Assembly: GCA_028867115.1 (NCBI GenBank) | Contig: JAGWGY010000001.1 | Location: 8,380 to 72,379 of the forward strand | DNA from: Candidatus Micrarchaeota archaeon | GTDB lineage: Archaea > Micrarchaeota > Micrarchaeia > Micrarchaeales > CABMGC01 | DNA: 64,000 nucleotides | Direction: 5' to 3' | Part shown: in pieces, positions 17,520-26,522 of the stretch | Layout: the number at the start of each line of letters is the position of its first letter | Position numbering within the stretch: position 1 is the first letter of the stretch | The notes under the pieces: model-generated | Databases searched by the model: none | Told to the model about the DNA's origin: nothing | Seen by the model: the letters and a program-made list of their open reading frames with translations, nothing else | Made by a program: the position numbers and the translations under genes

Positions 17520-18686
17520 ATGGAGAACATTAACATTGCTTTTTACTCGGACACTTATCTCCCCGCGATGGACGGGGTCGTAAACTCGATGCTCAACTTC
17601 AAGCGGGAGCTGGAGAAGCGCGGCCACGGGGTCTACATCTTCACAACTGGCGATGAGCACGCAAAGAGGACGTACTCAGGCAGGAACGTGATAATGACAA
17701 CAGGCATCCCGTTCAAGCCCTACCCGCAGTACAAGATAGCGCTCTTCCCGTACAAGGCGATAATGAGGATGAGGTCGATGCGCATCGACGTGATACACGC
17801 GCAGACCCCTTTCACGATGGGTATAACTGCGATGTCGATTGCAAAGCTCGGGAAGTATCCGCTGGTCGGGTCGTTCCACACGATGATAAACAACCGCGCG
17901 ATAATCGAGAGCTACTATCCAAAGAACAAGGTGCTCAAGGAAGTCACAAGCAAGTACCTGTGGGAGTACACGAAGTTCTTCTACAGGAGATGCGACGCGA
18001 CAATAGTGCCATCGGAGGCGATAGGCAGCATGCTTACAAGGAGCAATGTGCCGAACACATATGTCGTCCCGAACAGCGTGGACACGCAGAACTTCAGCCC
18101 TAAGAACAGCGGCGATTTTGTCAGGCGCAAGCTGAAGATAAAGGACGACGATAAGGTTGTGCTGTACGTGGGAAGGGCGAGCAGGGAGAAGAGGATAGAG
18201 ATACTCTTGAAGGCTGCAAAGGGCATACTCAAAAAGCGCGATGACGTGAAATTCGTGATCGCAGGAACGGGCCCTGCGCTTGATTATTACAAGAATATGG
18301 CAACGCAGCTCAAGCTAGGGAGCCATGTTAAGTTCATAGGGTTCGTAGAGCAGCAGATGCTCCCTAAGGTTTACGCGGCGTGCGACGTGTTCTGCATACC
18401 GTCCACATTTGAGACCCAGGGGATAGTGGCCCTTGAGGCCATGGCAAGCGGCAAGCCGGTCGTAGGCGCGGACTACCTTGCGCTCAAGGAGCTGATAGTG
18501 AACGGCAAGAACGGCGAGAAGTTCGCTCCTGGCGATTACCAGGCGTGCGCCAAAAAGATAGAAAAGGCTTTAAATAATTCGAGCACATATAAACAACGTA
18601 CTGTAGAGACGGCAAGATCTTTTGCAATAGACAGGGCGACAGACAAGCTGCTTGATGTTTATAATCTTCTCTTGAATAACAATTAG
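17520..18686 (+). CDS. GT-B glycosyltransferase (family 4-like)
   Basis: 388 aa; VGRASREKRIEILL, PSTFETQGIVALEAMASGKPVVGAD (E-x7-E region). Confidence 0.75.
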   Translation: MENINIAFYSDTYLPAMDGVVNSMLNFKRELEKRGHGVYIFTTGDEHAKRTYSGRNVIMTTGIPFKPYPQYKIALFPYKAIMRMRSMRIDVIHAQTPFTMGITAMSIAKLGKYPLVGSFHTMINNRAIIESYYPKNKVLKEVTSKYLWEYTKFFYRRCDATIVPSEAIGSMLTRSNVPNTYVVPNSVDTQNFSPKNSGDFVRRKLKIKDDDKVVLYVGRASREKRIEILLKAAKGILKKRDDVKFVIAGTGPALDYYKNMATQLKLGSHVKFIGFVEQQMLPKVYAACDVFCIPSTFETQGIVALEAMASGKPVVGADYLALKELIVNGKNGEKFAPGDYQACAKKIEKALNNSSTYKQRTVETARSFAIDRATDKLLDVYNLLLNNN

Positions 18687-18697
18687 GGTAAGGCGAT

Positions 18698-19390
18698 TTG
18701 CTGGAAAGTAACGTAACAGAACAGGTAAAGGAAGTGAAGGTAGAGGACAAGGGAACAGAACAGCCAAAGCCGCCGCTCTCGCCAAAGGAGCAGAAGATTG
18801 CAGAGCTCAATTCCAAGATAGAGGAGGAGAGGAAGAAGAGGCTATCGCTAATCGACACCGCGCGAAGGCTCAAGTACAAGCTTGCATACAAGCAGGCGGA
18901 GCTCGCGGCGCTATCAAAGCTCACGGAGATCAAGCCAACCGAGAGGACTAAGAGCATCGGGTACCTAAAGAGGCAGAAGGAGAGGCTTGAGTTCAAGATA
19001 TCCACAGAGGCCTCCTCGCTGAGCGCTGAGAAGGACCTGATAAGGAGGATAAACGAGATAGACGAGGAGCTTGACAAGGCGATAAAGAGCTACAAGCAGA
19101 AGAAGAAGGTCGAACTGATAAAGGGAGACATAGAGGAGGCGATAAAGCTAATTGGGGAACAGGACAAGAAGATACTCGATTCAAACAAGGTGCTCGACCT
19201 GCTCTACGACGAGCTCAGGTCGATCACCGGATATCGCGGCGAGAGGAGGGAGTACAAGCCTGGAGAGAGGAGAGAACACAAGCCGCAGAAGCCTCAGGAG
19301 ATAAGCCTCGCGGACATAGCAATAATAAAGGATAAGAAGAACGGAAATGGAAACGACACTGAAGACGACATAGATTTCAGTAGCAACTAA
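18698..19390 (+). CDS. archaeal coiled-coil protein (COG1340-like architecture)
   Basis: 230 aa, heptad-rich K/E sequence; tandem GERREYKP/GERREHKP; acidic tail. Confidence 0.4.
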   Translation: MLESNVTEQVKEVKVEDKGTEQPKPPLSPKEQKIAELNSKIEEERKKRLSLIDTARRLKYKLAYKQAELAALSKLTEIKPTERTKSIGYLKRQKERLEFKISTEASSLSAEKDLIRRINEIDEELDKAIKSYKQKKKVELIKGDIEEAIKLIGEQDKKILDSNKVLDLLYDELRSITGYRGERREYKPGERREHKPQKPQEISLADIAIIKDKKNGNGNDTEDDIDFSSN

Positions 19391-19418
19391 ATGAAATAAC
19401 AGATAAAGGAAATAACAG

Positions 19419-20741
19419 ATGAATAACATGAAAATAAAGTTTTACGGAGCAGCAGGAGAAGTTGGACGAAGCTGCATACAGATAGAAGGAGCCAACACAA
19501 AGGTTCTGCTTGACGCAGGAGTTAAGCTCGGAAAACCCGAGCAGTATCCGGTCATAGAGGACAGCGAGCTCAAGAACGTTGATGCGATAATACTCTCGCA
19601 CGCACACCTTGACCACTGCGGATACCTTCCGCACATATTCAGCACAGGATGGAACGGCTACGTCTACACGACAAAGCCCACATTCGAACTGGTGAACATA
19701 CTTCTGAGCGACTACATGAAGATCTCAAACCCTAAGAACGTGACGAAGGAGGGTTTGAACAAGGTGAACAAGCACTTCAAGATAGTGGACTACGAGAAGG
19801 AGTTCCGCATCAAGGGGCTCAAGTTCAAGCTCTATCAGGCAGGGCACATGCTGGGAAGCTCGCTTGTCGAGGCAAGCGACGGGAAGCACACGGTGCTCTA
19901 CACAGGAGACATGAGCCTCAAGAAGACAAGGGTGCTCGAGCCTGCGCACATAGAGAACCTGCACGCGGACACGCTGATAATCGAGAGCACTAACGCAGGC
20001 GAGAAGGACCTGCCGAAGAGCGAGACCGAGACAATAAACAACATGGTCAAGAGCATCACCGACACGATAAAGCAGGGAGGCAAGGTTATCATACCCAGCT
20101 TTGCAACAGGAAGGGCGCAGGAGGTGCTGTTCATACTTGACGATTACATGAGATCTGGCGTGATACCCAAGGTGCCGATATTCATCGACGGGATGATCGG
20201 CAAGGTCACAAGGGTGCACAGGCACAACGTCATCTTCTGCAGAAAAGAGCTGCAGCAGAGGATACTCATGAGCGAGGACGACCCGTTCAAGAGCCCGAAC
20301 TTCCACAACATAACGACAAAGCAGATGCGAAACAAGGTAATAGGCGAGCACGACTCGTGCATAATAGTCACAACCAGCGGGATGCTTACGGGAGGGCCGA
20401 TAGTCAAGTACCTTGAGAAGATGGCAGGAGACCACAAGAACAAGCTGATGTTCGTCGGGTACCAGGTCGAGGGGACGCCGGGAAGGCAGATACTGGACGG
20501 TGCAAAGGAGGTGGAGCTTGACGGCAGGAAGGTGCAGATAAAGCTCGCGGTCGAGATGTCAAGGATATCCGGACACGCGGACCGCCAGCAGCTGATGCGC
20601 TTCATATCCGCGATAAAGGGGCTAAAGGAGGTCTTCTTGATCCACGGAGAGGAGGGCAAGAGGGCGGAGATGAAGGAGGCGCTGCCAAAGCACTTCAAGG
20701 TCATGCTCCCTGTGCTCGGGGAGGAGTTTGACCTCAAGTAA
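19419..20741 (+). CDS. beta-CASP metallo-beta-lactamase RNase (aCPSF2-like, no KH domains)
   Basis: 440 aa; ILSHAHLDHCGYLP (HxHxDH), GDMS, ...SGHADRQQL. Confidence 0.8.
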   Translation: MNNMKIKFYGAAGEVGRSCIQIEGANTKVLLDAGVKLGKPEQYPVIEDSELKNVDAIILSHAHLDHCGYLPHIFSTGWNGYVYTTKPTFELVNILLSDYMKISNPKNVTKEGLNKVNKHFKIVDYEKEFRIKGLKFKLYQAGHMLGSSLVEASDGKHTVLYTGDMSLKKTRVLEPAHIENLHADTLIIESTNAGEKDLPKSETETINNMVKSITDTIKQGGKVIIPSFATGRAQEVLFILDDYMRSGVIPKVPIFIDGMIGKVTRVHRHNVIFCRKELQQRILMSEDDPFKSPNFHNITTKQMRNKVIGEHDSCIIVTTSGMLTGGPIVKYLEKMAGDHKNKLMFVGYQVEGTPGRQILDGAKEVELDGRKVQIKLAVEMSRISGHADRQQLMRFISAIKGLKEVFLIHGEEGKRAEMKEALPKHFKVMLPVLGEEFDLK

Positions 20742-20807
20742 GATGGAAACGAAAGAGTGAAAGCCATTTATAAATCCCCCAGCGCCAGCCCTAACAAAGA
20801 TGGTTGA

Positions 20808-21158
20808 ATGGCTGTTAAGAAAAAGCTACCTGAGAACATATCCGAGATGACATACGCGCACTATGTTGTGCTTGAGGCGCTTGGAACGCCAAGGGAGATC
20901 AAGGAGTTTGACGGGAGGGGAGAGAAGCAGGCCTTCAAGGACCTCAAGAAAATGGGGCTGATCGCAAGATTTGAGACATTCACATGGCCCGCGTACATCA
21001 GAACCGAGCGCGGCAACTCGCTTTTCGATACAATAGAGGAAACTCCAAAAATAAAGGATAGGTTTGAGGCCATGGAAAAGGCAGAGGAGCTAAGGGGAGT
21101 GAAGAGGATAACGCTGGCGCCGATGGAGACTTTTGGCAAGGCTACGGTCAGGTACTGA
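20808..21158 (+). CDS. hypothetical protein, paralog of the N-domains of 1627..1983 and 1988..2593
   Basis: 116 aa; LPENISEMTYAHYVVLEALGTP...QAFKDLKKMGLIA parallels IPESAAELTGYHLGMLVDAG...QALEELHKAGLLA. Confidence 0.45.
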   Translation: MAVKKKLPENISEMTYAHYVVLEALGTPREIKEFDGRGEKQAFKDLKKMGLIARFETFTWPAYIRTERGNSLFDTIEETPKIKDRFEAMEKAEELRGVKRITLAPMETFGKATVRY

Positions 21159-21206
21159 GCCAGCAAGGCTTAAATAGCTGAATATTGAAGCAATATCGGT
21201 GTAATA

Positions 21207-21452
21207 ATGAAGAAAGGATTGCTTGTAATCGGCGTGATAGTGCTAATAGTAGGAATCGTGATTTTCGCTATGAGCTACGGAACTGTTGCAAAGTGCAACA
21301 CGTTCTTCGGAGGGCTCTTCGCAACAATCTCCACCCTTTTCGGAGGGAACGGCGCGCAGACGTGCTCGAACGCGAGGGCGTACGAGGTGATCGGCCCTGC
21401 GATTGCGATAATCGGGCTTGCCGGAATAATAATCGCATTCAGGCACAAGTAA
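21207..21452 (+). CDS. small two-TM membrane protein
   Basis: 81 aa; hydrophobic helices at both ends; AAGGCTTAAATAG TATA-like element about 30 nt upstream. Confidence 0.5.
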   Translation: MKKGLLVIGVIVLIVGIVIFAMSYGTVAKCNTFFGGLFATISTLFGGNGAQTCSNARAYEVIGPAIAIIGLAGIIIAFRHK

Positions 21453-21551
21453 GCGCGGAGAGCTAATCTTTTTATATATTGCCGGCGCAATATATTCAGC
21501 TAAAGATAGCTACTTTTCCCGCTATCACTGCAATTTGCAGGAGGGTTCAAC

Positions 21552-22187
21552 ATGGAACAGGTAAAGCTAGACGAAATAACCAAGTTCATCGGCGAGAACA
21601 AAGGCAAGCGAAAGTTCAAGCAGTCAGTCGAGCTCGCGATAAACTTCAAGGGCGTAGACTTCAACAAGCAGGACAACAAGCTCAATTTGGAGGTCAGCCT
21701 GCCCCACGGCAAGGGCAAGGTGAAGAAGCTTGCGGTTTTCGCAACAGACAAGAACATACTCGAATCGGCGCAGAAGCTCGGGATAGAGGTTTTTGACGGG
21801 AACCGACTCGGAGAGATTGCAGCTGACCAGGTGAGGCTCAGCACGCTTCTGAACTACGACCTTGTGGCGCAGCAGAGCCTGATGCCGCAGATCGCAAAGT
21901 TCCTGGGTCAGTTCCTAGGGCCTAGGAACAAGATGCCAAAGCCGCTTCTCGGAAATGCAACCCTTGCAACGATCGCAAACGACATGAGCAAGAGGATCAC
22001 GATCAGGACAAAAGGCAAGAACCTCCCCACTGTGCACTGCATAGTGGGCAGCGAGGACCTCGAGCCGCAGAAGATATTCGAGAATGTCAACGAAGTGATA
22101 AGCAGCGTGACAAAGAAGGTCGGACAGAACAGGATAAGGTCGGTCTACCTAAAGCTCAGCATGAGCAAGCCGATCAAGGTGATGTAA
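21552..22187 (+). CDS. rpl1: 50S ribosomal protein uL1
   Basis: 211 aa; KRKFKQSVELAINFKGVD...LGPRNKMP. Confidence 0.9.
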   Translation: MEQVKLDEITKFIGENKGKRKFKQSVELAINFKGVDFNKQDNKLNLEVSLPHGKGKVKKLAVFATDKNILESAQKLGIEVFDGNRLGEIAADQVRLSTLLNYDLVAQQSLMPQIAKFLGQFLGPRNKMPKPLLGNATLATIANDMSKRITIRTKGKNLPTVHCIVGSEDLEPQKIFENVNEVISSVTKKVGQNRIRSVYLKLSMSKPIKVM

Positions 22188-23029
22188 TGGTAATGCTCAA
22201 AGCGCAAAAGGTCGCATACGCAAAGAAGCTCAAAGAGGAGATAAAGCGCTACCACACCGTGGGAGTGCTCCCCCTAGGCGCACTGCCTGACCGATTGCTC
22301 CAGAAGGTGCGAAACCAGATAAAGCCGGACACGAAGCTCATAATCGCAAGGAAGAGCCTTGTGCTCAAGGCGATGGAAGGGGACGCAAGGCTGGACAAGC
22401 TCAAGCCTTACATAGAGAAGAACGTCGCAGTAGTGCTAACTAACAAGAATCCATTCGAGCTTCATAGGATGATAGCATCCAACAGGCTGAAGCTTGCCGC
22501 AAAGCCGAACCAGATCTCGCCCGATGACATACCTATAGAGTCAGGGGAGACCGCAATTGCGCCAGGGCAGGCCGTAACAGACCTTAAGGCTGCAGGAATC
22601 GACGTGCAGATACAGAAGGGCAAGGTAGTGATAGCAAAGAGCAAGGTTCTGGTGGCGAAGGGGGCTAAGATAACGCTTCAGGTCGCGAAGGCGCTAAAGA
22701 TGCTAGACATAAAGCCGTTCGAGACTGGCGCGTCGCTTGAGGCGCTCATATCAAACGATCTGTTCATAACAAGGGAAGTGCTCAACATAACCCCTGAACT
22801 TGTGACAATGCAGGTTTCAGAGGGCTTCAGCGTTGCAAACGCGCTCACGACCAACATTGGATATGTGACGCCTTACAACGTATCGACGCTGGTGAAGCGC
22901 GCATACATGAGCGCTCTTGGGGTCGGGCTTGCGGCGAAGTGCTACGAGCCAGGGATAGTTGAGAAGCTGCTTGCCGAGGCTGTGCTTCAGGCGGTATCGG
23001 TATCAGGCGCTGCGCCGACGGCACAATGA
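22187..23029 (+). CDS. rpl10: ribosomal stalk protein uL10 (P0), short form without acidic tail
   Basis: 280 aa; KEEIKRYHTVGVLPLGALP...; ends AVSVSGAAPTAQ with no E/D-rich ...LFG tail. Confidence 0.85.
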   Translation: MVMLKAQKVAYAKKLKEEIKRYHTVGVLPLGALPDRLLQKVRNQIKPDTKLIIARKSLVLKAMEGDARLDKLKPYIEKNVAVVLTNKNPFELHRMIASNRLKLAAKPNQISPDDIPIESGETAIAPGQAVTDLKAAGIDVQIQKGKVVIAKSKVLVAKGAKITLQVAKALKMLDIKPFETGASLEALISNDLFITREVLNITPELVTMQVSEGFSVANALTTNIGYVTPYNVSTLVKRAYMSALGVGLAAKCYEPGIVEKLLAEAVLQAVSVSGAAPTAQ

Positions 23030-23046
23030 CACTTAAGGTGAAATAG

Positions 23047-23349
23047 ATGGAATACATATACGCTGCACTCTTGCTTGATGCAGCTGGAAAGGAGATAAGC
23101 GAGCAGAATCTGGAAAGCATCGTTAAGGCGGCGGGGATGTCCCCTGACCAGGCTAGGGCTAAGGCAATAGTCGAGTCCCTAAAGGGAGTCAACATAAAGG
23201 ACATCATAAAGAACGCGCAGAACGTCCAGGCAGCCGCACCAGCAGCACACGGCGGAGCAGCCCCTGAGGCAAAGAAGGAGAAGCCAAAGGAAGAGGAGAA
23301 GAAGAGCGAGGAGGAAGCGGCAAGCGGACTTGCAAGCCTCTTCGGCTGA
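23047..23349 (+). CDS. rpl12: ribosomal stalk protein P1 (aL12)
   Basis: 100 aa; MEYIYAALLL...; tail KKSEEEAASGLASLFG. Confidence 0.9.
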   Translation: MEYIYAALLLDAAGKEISEQNLESIVKAAGMSPDQARAKAIVESLKGVNIKDIIKNAQNVQAAAPAAHGGAAPEAKKEKPKEEEKKSEEEAASGLASLFG

Positions 23350-23355
23350 TCTTCC

Positions 23356-24750
23356 ATGGCTGATGGCCAGGCTCTAGCAGAATATGCTGTCGCCCTAGCT
23401 GAGAGGAGGGGATTCGGTTATGGCGAGGCATATTTTGAGCAGAGCTCTGGCACAGGCTACGCGATTGAGCAGGGCAGGCTGAACAGCTCATCCTATTTTG
23501 AGAAGAGCGGCCTGCGAATCCGCCTCCTAAAAGAAGGGAGGATGTACGTCTTCTCAACAAACATCCTAGAGAAGGATGCGATAAGGAATGCGATCGAGGG
23601 TTTCAGGAGATTCGAGAGCTCAAGGACGCAGCTCTCTAGGGAAAGCCCGCAGAAGGCCAAGGTTGCAGTAAAAGAAAGGAAGAAATTCGACAAAGAGAGA
23701 CTACTAAAGGACCTGCTCTCTCTAGATAAGACGCTCGCATCTAAGAGATATATCAAATTCAGGAGCCTCTATGCTGGCTTCGGCAAAGATTCTAGCTTCA
23801 TGACAAACAGCGATGGCAGCTCGATACTTCAGGAGACCCCTAGGGTGGATTCCACCTTCAGCATAATAGTAGGGAAGGGGAAGGAAACAAGGCAGAGGAT
23901 GTCCCAGTTCGGCGGAGTCGGCGGATACGAGATGCTGAATATACAGAGGATAGAGGAGCAGCTGCTTGGAGATTCGAAGGCCATGCTCGATGTGATTGAG
24001 AAGGGGGTTAGGCTCAGCGATCCGGAGCTCAGGAAGATAGAGAATGTTTTGATCTCCCCGGAGATTGCGGGGATTGCGGTTCACGAGAGCGTAGGCCATC
24101 CGAACGAGGCGGACAGGGTGTTTATGAGGGAGGCGGCGCAGGCTGGCACCAGCTATGTGAACCCAGATAACCTGGGGCTGAGCATAGGCAGCGAGCATGT
24201 CACGATAATTGATGATCCCACAATCCCGAACAGCTTCGGGTTCTACAGATATGATGACGAGGGAGTCAAGGCAAGGGCGAAGCAGATTGTTAGCAGGGGC
24301 AAGCAGAACGAGCTGCTGAACAACAGGGAATACGCCAAAATACTCAAAACGAAGAGCAACGGCTCTGCAAGGAGCGACTCTTACAGCAATGAACCGATAG
24401 TAAGAATGTCGAATACGTACCTCAAAAAGGGCAGTGCGAGCTTCGAAGAGCTGGTAGGGGAAGCAGGGAATGGGGTGTACATAAAGAACTTCATGGAGTG
24501 GAATATCGACGACACCAGGACGTTTTCGCGCTACCAGGGCAACGAGGCGTACATGATAAAGAACGGCTCTGTTGAAAAGCCGATAAAGAATTATAGGCTC
24601 GAGACGAAGACACTGGATTTCTGGCACGCAGTAGCACTTCTTGGGAAGGACTTTGAGCTCTCATTAGGAAACTGCGGCAAGGGAGAGCCGATGCAGGGCG
24701 TCCCAGTTACGATGGGCGGGCCGCATGCGCTGCTCTGTTTTGGGAGGTAG
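23356..24750 (+). CDS. tldD: TldD-family metalloprotease (peptidase U62)
   Basis: 464 aa; HESVGHPNEADRV; C-terminal GNCGKGEP...GGP pattern. Confidence 0.8.
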   Translation: MADGQALAEYAVALAERRGFGYGEAYFEQSSGTGYAIEQGRLNSSSYFEKSGLRIRLLKEGRMYVFSTNILEKDAIRNAIEGFRRFESSRTQLSRESPQKAKVAVKERKKFDKERLLKDLLSLDKTLASKRYIKFRSLYAGFGKDSSFMTNSDGSSILQETPRVDSTFSIIVGKGKETRQRMSQFGGVGGYEMLNIQRIEEQLLGDSKAMLDVIEKGVRLSDPELRKIENVLISPEIAGIAVHESVGHPNEADRVFMREAAQAGTSYVNPDNLGLSIGSEHVTIIDDPTIPNSFGFYRYDDEGVKARAKQIVSRGKQNELLNNREYAKILKTKSNGSARSDSYSNEPIVRMSNTYLKKGSASFEELVGEAGNGVYIKNFMEWNIDDTRTFSRYQGNEAYMIKNGSVEKPIKNYRLETKTLDFWHAVALLGKDFELSLGNCGKGEPMQGVPVTMGGPHALLCFGR

Positions 24751-24754
24751 TTGA

Positions 24755-26107
24755 ATGGCAAGGAGCGCTGAGGAGATAGTGAAGATCGCAATGGGTCGCG
24801 GGTTCGATGAGGCAGTCGCAAACGTGTTTACCTATAGGGTAAGCTACCTCAAGATAGCAAATTCTGCGGTCGACTCGATAGTTACAAAACTGGAGAACAC
24901 CGCAAACCTGTTCGTTTCGGGCAAGAAGAGGGTATTTTTCACGAACATAGACAGGGTTGAAGACGGCAATATCGCAAGCGCAATCAAGGTAGCAAAGGAG
25001 ACCATTCCGATGCTAAAGCCAAAGGAGGACTATAATGGGATAGTCGAGGGGCCTTTCAGTTACGAGTGCAAGTGCATATACCAGAAGAAGATGGCCAACT
25101 TCGACAACAAGATGATGTCCGATATCGCTTATGCTGCCATAAACTCCGCGCTTGAGAGCGGGGCAGATAGCATAGCAGGCACTCTTGAGATGACGGACTT
25201 CACAAAGGAGATGGCAACCAGCAAGGATGCGGCAGGAACAGAGAAGTGCGCATTCGCAAGGCTCTCTCTCAGGGTGTTCAGGAAAGGGCTGTCAGCGCAA
25301 AAAGTCGTGGCAACAAAGAAGATAGGGGAGATAAAGCCAGAGGCGTTGGGGAGGACAACCACCGAACTTGCCAGCCTTACGAATGAGAAGGGCAAGGTGT
25401 CTAACGGGAATTACGACATAATCTACATGCAGCAACCTGCAGGGCTGCTTCTAGCGGATGTCAACGACATGGCATGCATAGGCAGCGTGGAGACGGGAGG
25501 ATTCCTTACAGGCAAGCTCCACAAGGAGGTAGCGAACAAAAACATCAAGATTTACGATGACGGCAAGAGCCCCGAGCTTATCGCAACCTCCGACTTCGAC
25601 GACGAAGGTTACCCCACGCAGAAGACCACACTTATAGAGGGTGGAAAGTTGAGGGGATACCTTCACAACCATTCGACGGCAGTCAAGTACAAAACGAAAA
25701 GCACAGGAAATGCGGGATTGGTACTTCCGGAGTCAAATGCGTTTGTGATGGAGCACAAGAAGAAGGCAAGGGACATAGATGCGCTTATAAGGAAGATTGA
25801 CAGGGGGATACTAGTTACAAATACGTGGTACACCAGGTACAGCGATTACCTTGTGGGGAATTTCTCCACTGTGCCAAGGGACGCCGCAATATACATAGAG
25901 AATGGGGAGCCGAAGTTCGCAATCAAGCAGCTGGGCCACACCTCAGGCACAGGGATAAGGATAAGCGACAACATCATAAGGATGCTAAAGAACACAGAAT
26001 GCGCAGCAGACGACTCGATGCAGACGGCATCGTGGGACTCCGGATCGAATTACTACGTGACACCCAGCGTGCTCGTTAGGGGGGTCGATGTCACAGTCGC
26101 GCACTGA
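24755..26107 (+). CDS. pmbA: PmbA/TldE-family protein (peptidase U62 partner)
   Basis: 450 aa, 4 nt after tldD; same fold pattern without the HExxxH site. Confidence 0.7.
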   Translation: MARSAEEIVKIAMGRGFDEAVANVFTYRVSYLKIANSAVDSIVTKLENTANLFVSGKKRVFFTNIDRVEDGNIASAIKVAKETIPMLKPKEDYNGIVEGPFSYECKCIYQKKMANFDNKMMSDIAYAAINSALESGADSIAGTLEMTDFTKEMATSKDAAGTEKCAFARLSLRVFRKGLSAQKVVATKKIGEIKPEALGRTTTELASLTNEKGKVSNGNYDIIYMQQPAGLLLADVNDMACIGSVETGGFLTGKLHKEVANKNIKIYDDGKSPELIATSDFDDEGYPTQKTTLIEGGKLRGYLHNHSTAVKYKTKSTGNAGLVLPESNAFVMEHKKKARDIDALIRKIDRGILVTNTWYTRYSDYLVGNFSTVPRDAAIYIENGEPKFAIKQLGHTSGTGIRISDNIIRMLKNTECAADDSMQTASWDSGSNYYVTPSVLVRGVDVTVAH

Positions 26108-26158
26108 TACTTCGATAAACGTGTCGGGGCGTGCCTTTTTAAGAATTGCCGCGGCATA

Positions 26159-26512
26159 ATGGATTATTCAAAGAGTGAGAGAATGGACGTATACGTTGAC
26201 AAGCCGAAGTGCACAGGTTGCCAGCACTGCAAGGATGTCTGCCCAGTGGCAGTGTTCGAGATGATTCCGCTAAACCAGGAGATTAACAAGGACAACGCCC
26301 CTGAGGAGATGAAGTGGAAGGGCACGCACGACCCTGAGATACACGCGAAGTTCGCGACCGTGCAGGACGGCCACACCCACTACACTGAGAAGTCTGTCGC
26401 AGTAAACGGCAGCGCATGCATTCTCTGCCAGGCGTGCCTGATAGAGTGCGAAGGGGAATGCATCCACATAATTGACGACAACGGCGTCAAGTACCAGTCG
26501 ATCTACAAATAG
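26159..26512 (+). CDS. 2x[4Fe-4S] ferredoxin-like protein with long inter-cluster insert
   Basis: 117 aa; CTGCQHCKDVCP and CILCQACLIECEGEC separated by about 55 residues. Confidence 0.7.
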   Translation: MDYSKSERMDVYVDKPKCTGCQHCKDVCPVAVFEMIPLNQEINKDNAPEEMKWKGTHDPEIHAKFATVQDGHTHYTEKSVAVNGSACILCQACLIECEGECIHIIDDNGVKYQSIYK

Positions 26513-26522
26513 GGATAACAGC

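Noticed and set aside
21185-21796. Arg-rich ORFs 21185..21466 and 21479..21796
   Set aside because: These are alternative frames of the small membrane protein gene and of rpl1. The composition is implausible.
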